Source of the DNA: Candidatus Latescibacterota bacterium
GTDB taxonomy: Bacteria > Latescibacterota > UBA2968 > UBA8231
Assembly (NCBI GenBank): GCA_965248355.1
Contig: OZ252098.1
Location: forward strand, 4,384,001 to 4,448,000
Reading direction: 5' to 3'
DNA length: 64,000 bases
This document shows, one piece after another, positions 31,215 to 42,603 of this stretch; position 1 is the first letter of the stretch; every line of letters starts with the position of its first letter. A program made the translations under genes and the position numbers. The notes beneath the pieces were generated by a model, which was not told where the DNA came from, searched no databases, and saw nothing but the letters and a program-made list of their open reading frames with translations.

Positions 31215-34098
31215 GATCGCCGTCCCCGCGGGGCTCCTGCTCGCCGCCCTCTCGCCCGGGGCGGCCGAGGTGATCGATCTCGGCTTCGACCGCGTGAGCT
31301 GGCGCTTCGAGAGCCGCGGGCTCTACCTGGAGGTGGCCGACCCGCGCGGTCTGCGCCAGGTCTTCCACCCCTGGGCGCCGGCCGCGGCCGGCGACTACGG
31401 AGCCCTGACCACCCGCGTGCGGCTTCCCCGGGACTGGCGGGGTCCGGTGTGGCTCAATCTCTTCGCCGAGGACACCTACGTCGCCGAGGGATGGGACCAG
31501 GCCCGTGAGCGCTGGACCCACACCTACGCGTCGGCCCACCACTTCGCCGGCCACCGCTTCAAGCAGGTCCTCGTGGACGGGCGGATCGTCTGGGAGCGGG
31601 ACGTGGGAGACGCCGAGGGCGCCGGCAGCTACGTCCAGGTCGACCTCGGAGATTTGGCCCCGGGAGACGAGTTCGACCTGACCCTGCGCATCTTCGACCG
31701 GGTGGCCTCGGCGGAGCGGCTCCCCGGCGACGAGTTCTTCCTCGGCGTGTGGAGCTGGGACGGACTCGCCGATCCCGAGGAGGCCCGGAAGAGGTTCTAT
31801 ACCCGCCTCTTCCTCGGAGACGTGGCCCTGAGCCGGGAGCCGCTGCCGTGGGAGCGGAACCCGGCGCGGCGGCCGATCCCCTTCGCGCCGGTGACGCCGG
31901 AGCCGGCGGAACCGGCCCCCGAGGGGCGGCACACCTTCCGCCTCGATGCGCCGGGCGGCCTGCCGCCGGAGGGTTATCCGGCGACCTGGGGCGTGCCTTT
32001 CGCCCGCGCCCGGCTGACCGACCCCGCCCGCGTGCGCCTGGTCGGGGCCGCGGGGGAGGCGGTCCCCCTGCAGACGCGGGTGCTGACCCGTTGGGACGAC
32101 GGCAGCGTGCGCTGGCTGCTGCTCGATTTCCCGGCCCGGCCGGAAGACCTGGAGAGCGGGCTCACGCTCGAGTACGGCGAGGAGGTGGAGCCGCCGCCGG
32201 CCGCCGGGGGTCTCACCGCCGTCGACGACGGGGAGGGCGTGAGCGTCGACACGGGGGTGCTTCGCTTCCGCGTCCGCCGCGGCGGCCAAGCCCTGATCGA
32301 GGCGGTCGATCTGACGGACCGCCGCCTGGCCGAGGGTCTCGTGGCCCGCGTCGTCACCCGCGACGGCTGGGAGCGCAGCCGCTATCGGGCCGTGGCCGAT
32401 TCCGTGTCCGTGGAGGAGGCCGGATCCGAGCGCGTCACCGTGCTCGCCGCCGGCATGCTGGCCGCGGACGGCCGGACCCTGGGACGGTTCACCCTGCGCG
32501 CCCACGCCTACCGCGGCCGGCCCTGGATCCGCCTGTTCTTCCGCCTCTTCAACGACACCGGCGCGCCGGCGCAGCTGGTGGAGGAGATCTCCCTGCGCCT
32601 GGAGACCGGCTTGAGGGACGGGGATGCGGTGGCCGGGTCGCACCGCTCGCCCACCGGCGACTCGGAGATGGAGCGCCTGCTGGTGCGCCAGCACCGCGCC
32701 GACGGCTTCGAGGTCTTCGGAGGCGACGACCGGCGCTGGGAGCGGGGCTCCCACTGGGAGGCGCCCATGTCCCTGGAGGCCGGGGGCCGGGGCGTGGCCG
32801 GGATGGTGAGGCACTTCCGCCAGCTCTATCCGAAGCGGATGTGGGCCGGCCACGGAGGCCGGCTGGTCTTCGACCTGTTCACCCCCACCATCGAGTACGA
32901 GCAGTACGTCATGTCCCGGGGGGAGGCGCGCCGCCACGAGCTGCTGCTCTGCTTCTACGAGGGGGGGCTCGAGCCCCACCTCCCCGCATTCGAGGCGTTC
33001 GCCCGGCCGCCGGCGCTGATCTCGCCGGAGTGGTACGCCGAGAACGGGGCTCTCGGCCTCGGCGCGCCCCTGACGGCCGGCTCGGACGGGCCCCTCCACG
33101 ACCTGATCGCCGCCGGTGGCGCCCCGGGCCTGGCCTGCACCCAGCCCCTCGGCCTGCGCAACTGGCCGGACCAGTACTCCGACTCCGTCTACTCGGCCTA
33201 CCGCGGCACCTGGGGGAACATGTACCAGGAGGTCGACTACGGCGCCCTGGCCGTCTCCCTGCTCGCGGGGCGGCGGGACTTCTTCGACTACGCCGAGGCT
33301 TACCAGCGCCACTTCATCGATCTGGACATCTGTCACCACCATCCCGACTCGACCTTCGTCGGCGCCAGCTACGGCATCGCGCCCTATCACACGGGCAGCC
33401 GGCCGTACGCCCTCAACGCGCCGGTGTCGGGCCTGTTCCTGCTCTGGTCGCTCACCGGCGACGAGGACGCCTTCGAGGCCGCCGCCGGCATCGCCGACTG
33501 GCTCGTGAGGGAGGGCATCGGTGTCGGCGCCGGGTCGGGGCGCGCCGCCGGCTGGCCCCTGCGCAGCGCCGTCATCGCCTGGGAGTACACCGGCCGCGAG
33601 CGCTACCTCGACTTCGCCGCCGGCCTCGCCGGCACGGTCCTCAAACAGCTCCATCCCCGTCTCGGCCACTTCAGCGAGCCACCCGCCACCTGGCACTACC
33701 GCGGCGGCGTCCCGGGGATGAACGCCGTCCTGGCGGCGGGCCTCATGCGCTACTGGCGGGCCACCGGCGACGAGGAGGTCGGCCGCGCCCTGTCGCAGCT
33801 CGCCCACAACATGGCCTACAGCTGGATGTCGCCCACCGAGCCGGGCTTCATCTACGGCAACGACCCCCTGCAGCACGTCTACCTGGTGGGCTATGCCCTC
33901 CAGGACGTGCTGCCCCTGTTCTGGGGTTACGAGCTGACGGGAGAGACGGCCTTCCTCGACAAGGCTCAGCAAGTGATGAAGGCCTGCATCCTGGCCGAGG
34001 AATTCCGCGGTCAGGCCCTGGGACTCAGCCGCTACTGGGAGTTGCAGGACGTCCTGCACTACAGGGCCGTCCATCGCCGGTTGCGGGCCGGTGGGTAA
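31198..34098 (+). CDS. Exported YetA/PcRGLX-like (exo-rhamnogalacturonan lyase family) protein with extra N-terminal domain
   Basis: Signal peptide from GTG 31198; TWGVPFARA...VPLQTRVLTRWDDGSVRWLLLDF (RIFT barrel-like), central beta-sandwich, helical toroid with HFIDLDICH. Confidence 0.7.
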
Positions 34099-34123
34099 CG
34101 GCCTGCCCCTCGTGGCGGCCCGG

Positions 34124-35821
34124 ATGCGCTGGATCCTGTCCGTGACGGCAGCCTGTCTCGCCGGCTGCACCGGGACGGCCGGCCCGCCACTGGAGAAGGC
34201 AGGGACGGCCAGCGCCGGCGGCGGGGCCGGGGAGACCGGCGCCGGCCCCCGCTTCACCGACGTCACCGACAAGGCGGGGATCCGCTTCCGGCACCGGGCC
34301 GGGGGCGGGGTCAAGGACTACATCGTCGAGGCGAAAGGCGGCGGCGGCGCCCTGTTCGACGCCGACGGGGACGGCTGGCTCGACCTCTACCTGGTCAACG
34401 GGGGCAGACTGGAGGAGGACGATCCCACCCCCCGGGACGCCCTCTACCTGAACCGGCGGGACGGCACCTTTGCCGAGGCCGCCCTGTCCGCCGATGTCGG
34501 CGAACGCTGGGGCATGGGGGCCTCGGCGGGGGACGTGGACAACGACGGCGATGCCGACCTCGTGGTCACCCATCTGGAGGGCGCCAGCCTCTACCGGAAC
34601 CTCGGTACGGATGGGGCGGTATTCGGGGCCGCCGCCGAAGCCCTGACCCTCGACCGCTGGTGCACGGGCGCCGCCTTCGCCGATTACGACCTGGACGGCG
34701 ATCTCGATCTCTACGTCGCCCGCTACGTCGACTTCGACGTCCACGAAATCCCTCCGCGCGCCGGCATGTGGAAAGGTCTGATGGTGTTCGCCGGGCCCAT
34801 GGGACTGCCCGCCAACGCGGACGCCCTCCTGCGCAACAACGGGGGCGCCTTCGTCGAGGTCAGCGAGGCCTCGGGGGTGGCCGAGGCCGCCCCCACCTAC
34901 GGCCTCGGGGTCGTCTTCACCGACTACGACGGCGACGGCGACGCCGATCTCTTCGTGGCCAACGACTCTGCGGCCAACTACCTGTTCCGCAATGACGGCG
35001 GCGCCGGCGAGGGACGCCGGTTCCGTGAGGTGGCCTGGGAGGCCCGCGTCGCCTTCAGCGCCGAGGGCACGGCCCAGGCCGGCATGGGCGTCGCCAGCGA
35101 CGATTACGACGGCGACGGCGACCGTGACCTCTTCGTCACTCACTTCGAGGACGACTACAACACCCTCTACCGCAATGACGGCGACGGCCGTTTCACCGTG
35201 GCTTCCCACGAGGCCGGGCTGGCGCTCGTGGGACTGCCGTGGCTCGCCTTCGGCACCTGCTTCCTCGACGCCGACAACGACGGCGACCTCGATCTGGTCG
35301 TCGCCCAGGGGCACGTCTATCCCCAGATCCGGCACCTCGACGCGCCGGGGTACGCGCAGCCCGATCACCTCCTGATGAACCTGGGTGCCGCGGCAGGGCA
35401 CCGCTTCGAGCCGGCACCCGGCGGAGACCTGGCGCGCCCCGGCGTCACCCGCGGCCTGATGAAGGGGGACTGGGACGAGGACGGCGACGTCGATCTGGTC
35501 GCCGTGAGGCTGGACGACCGGCCGGCCCTGCTGCGCAACGACGGACCTTCGCGGGGCCACTGGCTCATGGTCGACCTGGAAGGGACCGGGGCCAACCGCG
35601 ACGCCGTGGGCGCCCTCGTGACGGTGGTCGCCGGCGACCTGTCGCGGACGGTGGAGATCGCCGCCGGAGGCAGCTACCTGTCCCACAGCGACACCCGGGC
35701 TCACTTCGGTCTGGGGTCCCGGTCCGCGGTGGACGCCGTGGAGGTCCGCTGGCCCGGGGGCGACTCGCAGGCGCTGGGTCCGATGCCCGCCGATCGCCTC
35801 GTGCGGATCCACCAGCCGTGA
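34124..35821 (+). CDS. CRTAC1-family FG-GAP/ASPIC-UnbV lipoprotein
   Basis: LAG-C lipobox, about 7 DxDGDGDxDL repeats, GGSYLSHSDTRAHFGLG; alternative start GTG 34091. Confidence 0.88.
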   Translation: MRWILSVTAACLAGCTGTAGPPLEKAGTASAGGGAGETGAGPRFTDVTDKAGIRFRHRAGGGVKDYIVEAKGGGGALFDADGDGWLDLYLVNGGRLEEDDPTPRDALYLNRRDGTFAEAALSADVGERWGMGASAGDVDNDGDADLVVTHLEGASLYRNLGTDGAVFGAAAEALTLDRWCTGAAFADYDLDGDLDLYVARYVDFDVHEIPPRAGMWKGLMVFAGPMGLPANADALLRNNGGAFVEVSEASGVAEAAPTYGLGVVFTDYDGDGDADLFVANDSAANYLFRNDGGAGEGRRFREVAWEARVAFSAEGTAQAGMGVASDDYDGDGDRDLFVTHFEDDYNTLYRNDGDGRFTVASHEAGLALVGLPWLAFGTCFLDADNDGDLDLVVAQGHVYPQIRHLDAPGYAQPDHLLMNLGAAAGHRFEPAPGGDLARPGVTRGLMKGDWDEDGDVDLVAVRLDDRPALLRNDGPSRGHWLMVDLEGTGANRDAVGALVTVVAGDLSRTVEIAAGGSYLSHSDTRAHFGLGSRSAVDAVEVRWPGGDSQALGPMPADRLVRIHQP

Positions 35822-35920
35822 AGTCTCGCCGCCGGTTGCGGCTGCAAGGACGGCGGCCTACGTTGCCAACCGCCGCTTCCCGTCCCCCTTCCTAGCCGCC
35901 AGACCCAGCCGGCCGCCACC

Positions 35921-37882
35921 GTGCCGACCTCGTCCCACGCAGGGCCAACCTCCGCCCCGGGGCTGCGCGCCCTTCTCGTGGGGGCCGTCGGTTCGGTCGC
36001 CATCGGGGCCGGTGTGCCGTACTGCAACATGGTGCTGCACGGGTCCCGGATCGCCTCCTACTTCAACACCCCGGCGGCGATCATCCTCTTCTTCTTCCTG
36101 GTCATGTTCGTCAACACGGCCATCGGTCTGTTGCGGCGCGACTGGATGCTGAGACGCGCCGAGCTGGCCCTGGTCTACATCATGTGGATCGTGGCCACGG
36201 CGATCCCCGAGTGGGGGCTGACGGCCTTCCTGCTGCCCGACATCACCTCGCTGATCTACTACGCCACGCCGGAGAACGCCTGGAACGATCACCTGCTGCC
36301 CTCGGTGCCGGACTGGATCATCCCCCATCACGAGATGGAGGCCGTGCGCAGCTTCTACGAGGGCGCCCCCGAGGGCCGGGGCATCCCCTGGGGACTCTGG
36401 CTGCGCCCCCTGGTCTGGTGGCTCCCCTTCATCCTCGCTCTCTACGTGGCCATGATCTGCATCATGGCCATCCTGCAGAAGCAGTGGGTGGACCGGGAAC
36501 GGCTCGTCTACCCCCTGGTGCAGGTGCCCCTGTCGATGATCGAGGAGGACGAGGGGGATCGTCCCTCCCTGATCAAGCCGTTCTTCCGCAGCCGGCTGAT
36601 GTGGATCGGTTTCCTGGTGCCCGCCGTGGTGCAGTCCCTCAACGGCCTGAACCACTACTTGCCCTACATCCCCACGGTGCGGCTCGACTCGTCGATCCCC
36701 CTCTTCCGCGAAACCGTGTCGATCCCGATCCGGATCAGCTTCCAGATGCTGGGCTTCACCTACTTCGTCAATCGCGACATCGCCTTCGGCCTCTGCTTCT
36801 TCTTCCTGCTCAACACCTGCCAGCAGGGCATCTTCAACATCCTCGGACTGCAGAAGATCGATCCCGTCCTCGGCGTCTACAGCGCCTATACCGGCTCGAT
36901 CGTCGTGCACCAGGGGTTCGGCGCCATCATCGTCCTCGTCCTCTACGGGCTGTGGACGGCCCGCGGCCACCTGCGGGAGGTGGCCCGCAAGGCCCTGACC
37001 GGGGACCCCGGCATCGACGACTCGGGGGAGATCCTCTCCTACCGGGCCGCGGTGGTCCTGCTCTTCCTCAGCCTGACCTTCATGGGCGTGTGGCTGTGGC
37101 AGTCCGGGCTGCTGCCGTGGCTGACCGTGGTCTACCTGTTCTTCGCCTTCGTCCTCTTCCTCGGCATCACCCGGGTGGTCGCCGAGGGCGGGCTGGCCCA
37201 CATCTTCGCGCCCATGATCGCCTCCGACTTCGTGGCCGCCAACTTCGGCACCCGCACCCTGGGCTCGAGCGGCATCGTCGCCCTCGCCTTCACCTACATC
37301 TGGGCCAGCGACATCCTGACCTTCGTCATGGCCTCGGCCGCCAACGGCCTCAAGCTGGTGCAGGAGGCCATCCACCGGCGGCGGCGGCTCGTGTTCTGGG
37401 CCATGATGATCGCCATCCTTCTCGCCCTGGCCAGCTCGATCTGGTCGATCCTTCAGCTCGCCTATCAGTACGGGGGGATCAACACCGACCAGTTCTTCTT
37501 CGGCGGCGCCGCCCGCTACCCCTTCGACAACGCCGCGGCGCGCATCCAGAGCCTGGAGGGGCCGCACTGGGAGAACTGGATCTACACCGCCGTCGGCGGC
37601 GGCCTCATGGGCTTTCTCATGTGGGCCCGCCACCACTGGCTGTGGTGGCCCTTCCATCACCTCGGGTTCCCGATCAGCGCCGTCTTCGGCACCATGTTCT
37701 TCTCCGTCTTTCTCGCCTGGCTGTTCAAGACGGTGGTCCTGAGGTACGGAGGTCCCGCGCTCTACCTGCGCACGCGGCCCTTCTTCCTCGGTCTCATCCT
37801 GGGACAGTTCGTCACCGCCGGCGTGTGGTACGTCATCGACCACTTCACCGGCACCAGCGGCAACCCGGTGATGAGCTGGTGA
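35921..37882 (+). CDS. Polytopic membrane protein, DUF6785/DUF6784-like (OPT-like putative transporter)
   Basis: About 16 TM helices, ELALVYIM, YYATPEN, FYEG...IPWGLWLRPL, QWVDRERLVYPLVQVP, RVVAEGG, WWPFHHLGFP, RPFFLGLILG. Confidence 0.75.
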   Translation: MPTSSHAGPTSAPGLRALLVGAVGSVAIGAGVPYCNMVLHGSRIASYFNTPAAIILFFFLVMFVNTAIGLLRRDWMLRRAELALVYIMWIVATAIPEWGLTAFLLPDITSLIYYATPENAWNDHLLPSVPDWIIPHHEMEAVRSFYEGAPEGRGIPWGLWLRPLVWWLPFILALYVAMICIMAILQKQWVDRERLVYPLVQVPLSMIEEDEGDRPSLIKPFFRSRLMWIGFLVPAVVQSLNGLNHYLPYIPTVRLDSSIPLFRETVSIPIRISFQMLGFTYFVNRDIAFGLCFFFLLNTCQQGIFNILGLQKIDPVLGVYSAYTGSIVVHQGFGAIIVLVLYGLWTARGHLREVARKALTGDPGIDDSGEILSYRAAVVLLFLSLTFMGVWLWQSGLLPWLTVVYLFFAFVLFLGITRVVAEGGLAHIFAPMIASDFVAANFGTRTLGSSGIVALAFTYIWASDILTFVMASAANGLKLVQEAIHRRRRLVFWAMMIAILLALASSIWSILQLAYQYGGINTDQFFFGGAARYPFDNAAARIQSLEGPHWENWIYTAVGGGLMGFLMWARHHWLWWPFHHLGFPISAVFGTMFFSVFLAWLFKTVVLRYGGPALYLRTRPFFLGLILGQFVTAGVWYVIDHFTGTSGNPVMSW

Positions 37883-37986
37883 GGCGCGGGCCTCCAAGGG
37901 ATGGGCAGCGCCGGCTCCAAGGGCGAGACCGGCCCGCCGCGGCTGGTTGCGGGCGGCTTTCGGGCGTTCGTACCATCTCATCCGTC

Positions 37987-40140
37987 ATGTTCAGGCAAAT
38001 CCCGCATCGAAGCCCGCGTGCCTGGCTTTTCGCCGGGGCGGCCGCCGTCCTGATGGCCGGGACCCCGGCCGAGGGCTACAACGTCTACGGTCTGGGGGGG
38101 CAGCAGCCCAACCCGTGGACCGCGGCCCTCTCCTCCGAGCCGGGCGACTACCTCGTGGCCGGCCGCGACGGGCTGGGGACCCGGCGGGTGGCGGTGAGCA
38201 CTCTGACCTCCTACCCGACCTGGCGCGAGACCCTGGCCGTATCCGTCGACAGCACCGGCGGCCTGTGGCTGCGGCCCTTCTTCCTGCCCGACACCCTGAA
38301 CCTGGCCCGGGACGGCGTGCGCGACCGCATCACGCACGGCGTCCTGAACAACATCGCCATCAGCGGCTGCAACAACATCGTCTCCGCCGTGGTCGTGGTC
38401 CGGCCCATCTTCGACGGGGACCCCAGGACGGCCACCTTCTTCCGCGCCAGCACCACCGAGGACCCGCAGCTGCGGACCCAGTTCTACGTGCACAACACGG
38501 TCGTCGATCTGGGCGCCGACTTCCCCGTCAACCGGGTCCGCTTCTTCCCGCGGATCGGCCGGGACAACCCGAAGCTCGAGGAGATCCTGGCCGGCATGGA
38601 GCCGCCGCGCCTGAGGCCGGAGGACCTGGGCGAGCAGGACTTCTCCATCAACACCCTCCCGTGGTACGAGGTCTCCGTCGCGCCCCACTCGGCCAACTTC
38701 GCCGGCCACTGCTGGTGGCAGACTCCCACCCAGCGCTGGTTCCAGCGCATCAGCTGGACGAACCCGGAGCCCGATCCCCGCCTCGCCATCATCCGCCAGG
38801 AGCGGGAGAACTTCGACGTGGTGGTGGACCTCCGCTTCCCGACCCGCCCGCTGCAGTGGATCGCCTTCCGGCCCCTGGACCCCATCGCCAACTGGGAGAT
38901 GGCCGAGTTCCAGGTCTTCGGCGAGGGCTTCGTGCCCCGGGCGGTGTACACCACCGCCGTCCTCGACTTCGGCGAGCCCATGGCCTGGGGCCGGATCCGC
39001 TGGCGCGGGGAGCACGACCCGGAGGCCAAGATCATCATCCGCACCCGTTCCGGCTCCGACTCCGACCCCGACCGTTACTGGATACCGACGGTGATTCCCG
39101 GGATCGACGAGGAGCTGACCCGGGAGGAGTACAACCGGGCCGACATCGTCCCGCGCTTCATCACCCGAGACGAGGGCTGGAGCTTCTGGTCGGCGCCGTA
39201 CGCATGGGAGGCGGGCCTGCGGGACACTACGGTGAGCCCGGAGTCCTGGCTCGACGGGACGCCGATCCGCTCTCCCGGCCCGGCCCGCTACCTGCAGTTG
39301 CAGATGGTCCTCGAGTCGACTCTCACGGAGGCCGTGCGGCTGCAGGATCTCGAGATCCAGTTCGACCGGCCCTCGGCGTCGAGGGTGGTGGCCGAGATCT
39401 GGCCTCTCGACGTGCCGAGGACCGAGGTGACGACCTTCACCTACAGCCTCCGCCCGACCCTGGAGGACGGCCAGGGCTTCGACCGGCTCGAGGTCTTCAC
39501 CCTGACCCGGGTCGACACGATCCGCGCCGTGCGCGTCGACGGGGTGGCCATCGACGCCTCCGGGGCGACGGAGATCGCCGCCGACCGCTTCTTCGTCAGC
39601 CTGCCGCCCCTGCGCGACGCGAGGGACAGCTTCAAGCTCATCGAGGTCGAGTTCGACTCCCACGTGGTGCGCTACGGGACGCGGTTCGACGGCTGGATCT
39701 TCGACAGCGAGGGCGGCGGCGTGCGCCAGCAGGTGACCGAGGGCGACGCCACCGTTGACTATCCCGGCAACGCCCTCGGGGTCCGGACGGCGGATCTGGG
39801 CGCGTCCCCCCTGGCCTCGGTGCGGGCCTGGCCGAATCCCTTCAGCCCGAACGGGGACGGGATCAACGACGTCGCCTTCCTCCACTTCCGCGTGCACGAG
39901 CTCTCGATACCCCGACGCCTCACCGTCGACATCCACGACCTGTCCGGGCGCCGCGTGCGCCGGCTCGAAGAGCGCGAGGTCCGCCGAGGACTCTCCGGAG
40001 GCGCCATCCCCGCCCCCGCATGGGACGGACGCGACGACGGCGGCCAGCGGGTCTCCCCAGGTCTCTACCTCTACCGGATCCACCTCGACACGGATGCCTC
40101 CTCGAGCGTCGAAGCTGGATCGATCTCCGTGGCTTACTGA
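37987..40140 (+). CDS. Secreted FlgD-Ig/CHU_C-tailed protein (paralog of 28226..30391)
   Basis: Signal peptide from ATG 37987, DLGADFPVNRVRFFPR, EFQVFGEGF, WSFWSAPY, SPGPARYLQ, PNPFSPNGDGIND...SVAY. Confidence 0.85.
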   Translation: MFRQIPHRSPRAWLFAGAAAVLMAGTPAEGYNVYGLGGQQPNPWTAALSSEPGDYLVAGRDGLGTRRVAVSTLTSYPTWRETLAVSVDSTGGLWLRPFFLPDTLNLARDGVRDRITHGVLNNIAISGCNNIVSAVVVVRPIFDGDPRTATFFRASTTEDPQLRTQFYVHNTVVDLGADFPVNRVRFFPRIGRDNPKLEEILAGMEPPRLRPEDLGEQDFSINTLPWYEVSVAPHSANFAGHCWWQTPTQRWFQRISWTNPEPDPRLAIIRQERENFDVVVDLRFPTRPLQWIAFRPLDPIANWEMAEFQVFGEGFVPRAVYTTAVLDFGEPMAWGRIRWRGEHDPEAKIIIRTRSGSDSDPDRYWIPTVIPGIDEELTREEYNRADIVPRFITRDEGWSFWSAPYAWEAGLRDTTVSPESWLDGTPIRSPGPARYLQLQMVLESTLTEAVRLQDLEIQFDRPSASRVVAEIWPLDVPRTEVTTFTYSLRPTLEDGQGFDRLEVFTLTRVDTIRAVRVDGVAIDASGATEIAADRFFVSLPPLRDARDSFKLIEVEFDSHVVRYGTRFDGWIFDSEGGGVRQQVTEGDATVDYPGNALGVRTADLGASPLASVRAWPNPFSPNGDGINDVAFLHFRVHELSIPRRLTVDIHDLSGRRVRRLEEREVRRGLSGGAIPAPAWDGRDDGGQRVSPGLYLYRIHLDTDASSSVEAGSISVAY

Positions 40141-42596
40141 TGAGAGGATCCCAGTCCGACCCGAAGCCGGCCCCCGGCCTGGTGGCCTCGGCCCTGGTCC
40201 TGGGGGTCGCCGCCGGAGCCGGCGCGGAGGTTGCGCCCACGAGCCGCGAGCACGAGCAGGTCGTGACCCGTGCCCGGCAGGCCTATCGCATCGACATGGG
40301 CGGCACCATGGACGGCGCCAACACCCGCGATCCCGTGGGGTACGGCGTCTACGGACAGGCGTGGGAGCCGAACCGCTTCGTTCTGATGGAGAACGTGGGC
40401 GACCACGACGTCGCGAACCCCTGGATCCTCGTCGATGGCCGGCGAGACTGGCGTTCCGTGGACCACATCCTCTCGGGCATCATCGAGCCGGGCATGACCG
40501 AGGCACGGAAGGCGCGCGCCATCTGGGACTTCGCCCGCCGGCACCGCTACCACTCGACGCCGGGCACGGACGAGGTGAAGGACACGGTCAAGATGCTGAA
40601 CGTGTACGGCTACACCCTGTGCTGGGACGCCGCCTACACCATGTCGAACCTGTGGCAGCGGGCCGGGCTGAAGATCCGCCGGGGCCTGCCCCATGGACAC
40701 TGCACGACGGAGGTGTTCTACGACGGGGCCTACCACCTGCTCGACAGCGACGAGCATCTGCTGGTGCTCATGCGCGACAACCGCACCGTGGCGGGCGAGG
40801 CGGAGATCTCGCGCGACCACGACCTGATGAAGCGGTCCCACGCCTACGGCATCCTGCGGGCCGAGGACCGCAGGACCAACGAGTTCTCGGCCTCCCTGTT
40901 CTGCTACCTGGGGCCGCGCTCGGGCGGCCGCCCCTACATCGGCGGCCACCGCATGGAGATCACCCTGCGGCCGGGGGAGGGGCTGCGCTGGGAGTGGGCC
41001 GACCGCGGCCGCTACCACGGCCTCGGGGACCGGCCGCCGAGGCTGGCCAACGGGCGCCTGCACTACCGGCCGTGGCTCGATTCGGGCTTCGCGCGCTGGA
41101 CGGAGTCGTCATCGAACCTGGAGGGTGGCGGCGGGGGGCTGAGGGTCCTCGATCCGGGGGAGGAAGCCAGTGTCGTCTACCGGCTGCGGAGTCCCTACGT
41201 GTTCGTCGGGGGCCGCGTGCGCGTCCAGCTGGCGCCCGGGAGCGGCGCCTGGCGTCTGGAGATGGCCCGCGAGGGCCAGGACGACTGGACGCACCTGGCC
41301 GATGTCCCCGCGGACGGGGAACTCTCCCTCGACGGCGGTTTCCCGCGGCCGACGGCCTGCTACGAGTACCGCCTGCGGCTGCGCGGTTCCGGCGGCGGCA
41401 TCGCCGCCCTGGAGATCGAGTCCGACCTGCAGATGGCGCCCCTGTCCCTGCCGGCCCTCGAGCTGGGGGCGAACGAGATCGTCTACACCGACGAGACCCC
41501 GGGCCCGCGCCGGGTGCGCCTCGCGCACGCCTGGCAGGAGCGGGAGGACCTGACGCCGCCCCCGGCTCCGGCGCGCGCCCTTCATCCGCCGGCGGGGGGC
41601 GAGGTGGCGGGCACGCAGATCCGGTTCCGCTGGGAGCCGGTGCCGGAGGCCGCGGACTACCATTTCGAGCTCTCCCGCCACGCCGACATGCGCCGGGCCC
41701 TGTCGCCCGTCTTCGAGAAGCTCTCCTCCAGGACCCCGGCCGCCGGACAGGCCCACTGGCAGATCCCCTTCGAGGGGCTGCTCAACCCGGGCGAGACCTG
41801 TTACTGGCGCGTCCGGGCGCGCAACGCAGGCGGACTGTGGGGGCCCTGGAGCGAGGTCTGGAGCTTCACCCCCCGCGCCCCGGGGGTGCCCCGGGACCTG
41901 GAGCTGGTCACCGACCGGGAGACCCGGTCGATCACCCTTCACTGGCGTGAGGCCGCCGAGGGCACGAGGCCCCAGCGCTACGAGGTCTACGGCAGCGACG
42001 AGCGCGGTTTCACGGCCAGCCTCGATTCCTACGCCGTGTTCACAGGCGGCCCGGAGGCTCGGGATACCCCGGGCAACCGGCTGGCGACCACCGGTGACAC
42101 GTCGATCACCGTCGTGGGCCCTGGGCTGCCCCCGGAGGCCGGCAACCGCGGCTTCTACCGCGTCGTGGCCGTCGACGCCGACGGGATCCGCAGCGGCCCC
42201 TCGGACTACGTGGAGGCCCCGCGGCCGTTCATCCATTCGACACCGCCGGTCAGCATCGCGGCCGGCGAGCGCCGCCTCTACCGGGTGGGGGTGATCCGCT
42301 CCATGGGCGACCTGCGCTCGATCACGGATCCGGAGAAGCAGGGGGATCCGGGGGCCGGGGGACGCTACCAGGCGGCCTTCCGGGACGGCGACGAGCTGCG
42401 GTTCGTCCTCGACGAAGGGCCGGGGTTCATCGCCCTCGACCGGGAGACCGGGGTCATGACCCTGGCCCCCGGCGCCGCCGACGTGAGCACCCACACGGTG
42501 ACCATCCGCGTGCAGAACCGCAACGGCGGCGTCGACGTGCAGGGCTGGGACCTTCGCGTGGCCGACGCTCCGCCGGTCGCCGAGCCGGTCCCCTGA
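40140..42596 (+). CDS. Exported transglutaminase-like protein with fibronectin type III / Ig-like domains
   Basis: TGATG coupling with upstream gene; signal peptide; YGYTLC, GHCTTEVFYDGAYHLLD (Cys-His-Asp core); FN3-like YWRVRARN...WGPWSEVWSF and YRVVAVDADG...SGPS. Confidence 0.7.
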   Translation: MRGSQSDPKPAPGLVASALVLGVAAGAGAEVAPTSREHEQVVTRARQAYRIDMGGTMDGANTRDPVGYGVYGQAWEPNRFVLMENVGDHDVANPWILVDGRRDWRSVDHILSGIIEPGMTEARKARAIWDFARRHRYHSTPGTDEVKDTVKMLNVYGYTLCWDAAYTMSNLWQRAGLKIRRGLPHGHCTTEVFYDGAYHLLDSDEHLLVLMRDNRTVAGEAEISRDHDLMKRSHAYGILRAEDRRTNEFSASLFCYLGPRSGGRPYIGGHRMEITLRPGEGLRWEWADRGRYHGLGDRPPRLANGRLHYRPWLDSGFARWTESSSNLEGGGGGLRVLDPGEEASVVYRLRSPYVFVGGRVRVQLAPGSGAWRLEMAREGQDDWTHLADVPADGELSLDGGFPRPTACYEYRLRLRGSGGGIAALEIESDLQMAPLSLPALELGANEIVYTDETPGPRRVRLAHAWQEREDLTPPPAPARALHPPAGGEVAGTQIRFRWEPVPEAADYHFELSRHADMRRALSPVFEKLSSRTPAAGQAHWQIPFEGLLNPGETCYWRVRARNAGGLWGPWSEVWSFTPRAPGVPRDLELVTDRETRSITLHWREAAEGTRPQRYEVYGSDERGFTASLDSYAVFTGGPEARDTPGNRLATTGDTSITVVGPGLPPEAGNRGFYRVVAVDADGIRSGPSDYVEAPRPFIHSTPPVSIAAGERRLYRVGVIRSMGDLRSITDPEKQGDPGAGGRYQAAFRDGDELRFVLDEGPGFIALDRETGVMTLAPGAADVSTHTVTIRVQNRNGGVDVQGWDLRVADAPPVAEPVP

Positions 42597-42603
42597 AGGG
42601 GGC

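Noticed and set aside
36184..37986. Apparent N-terminal extension making a 1318-aa ORF
   Set aside because: Arg/Pro-rich alternate frame over the DUF6785-like gene; the real protein starts at ATG 37987 with a signal peptide
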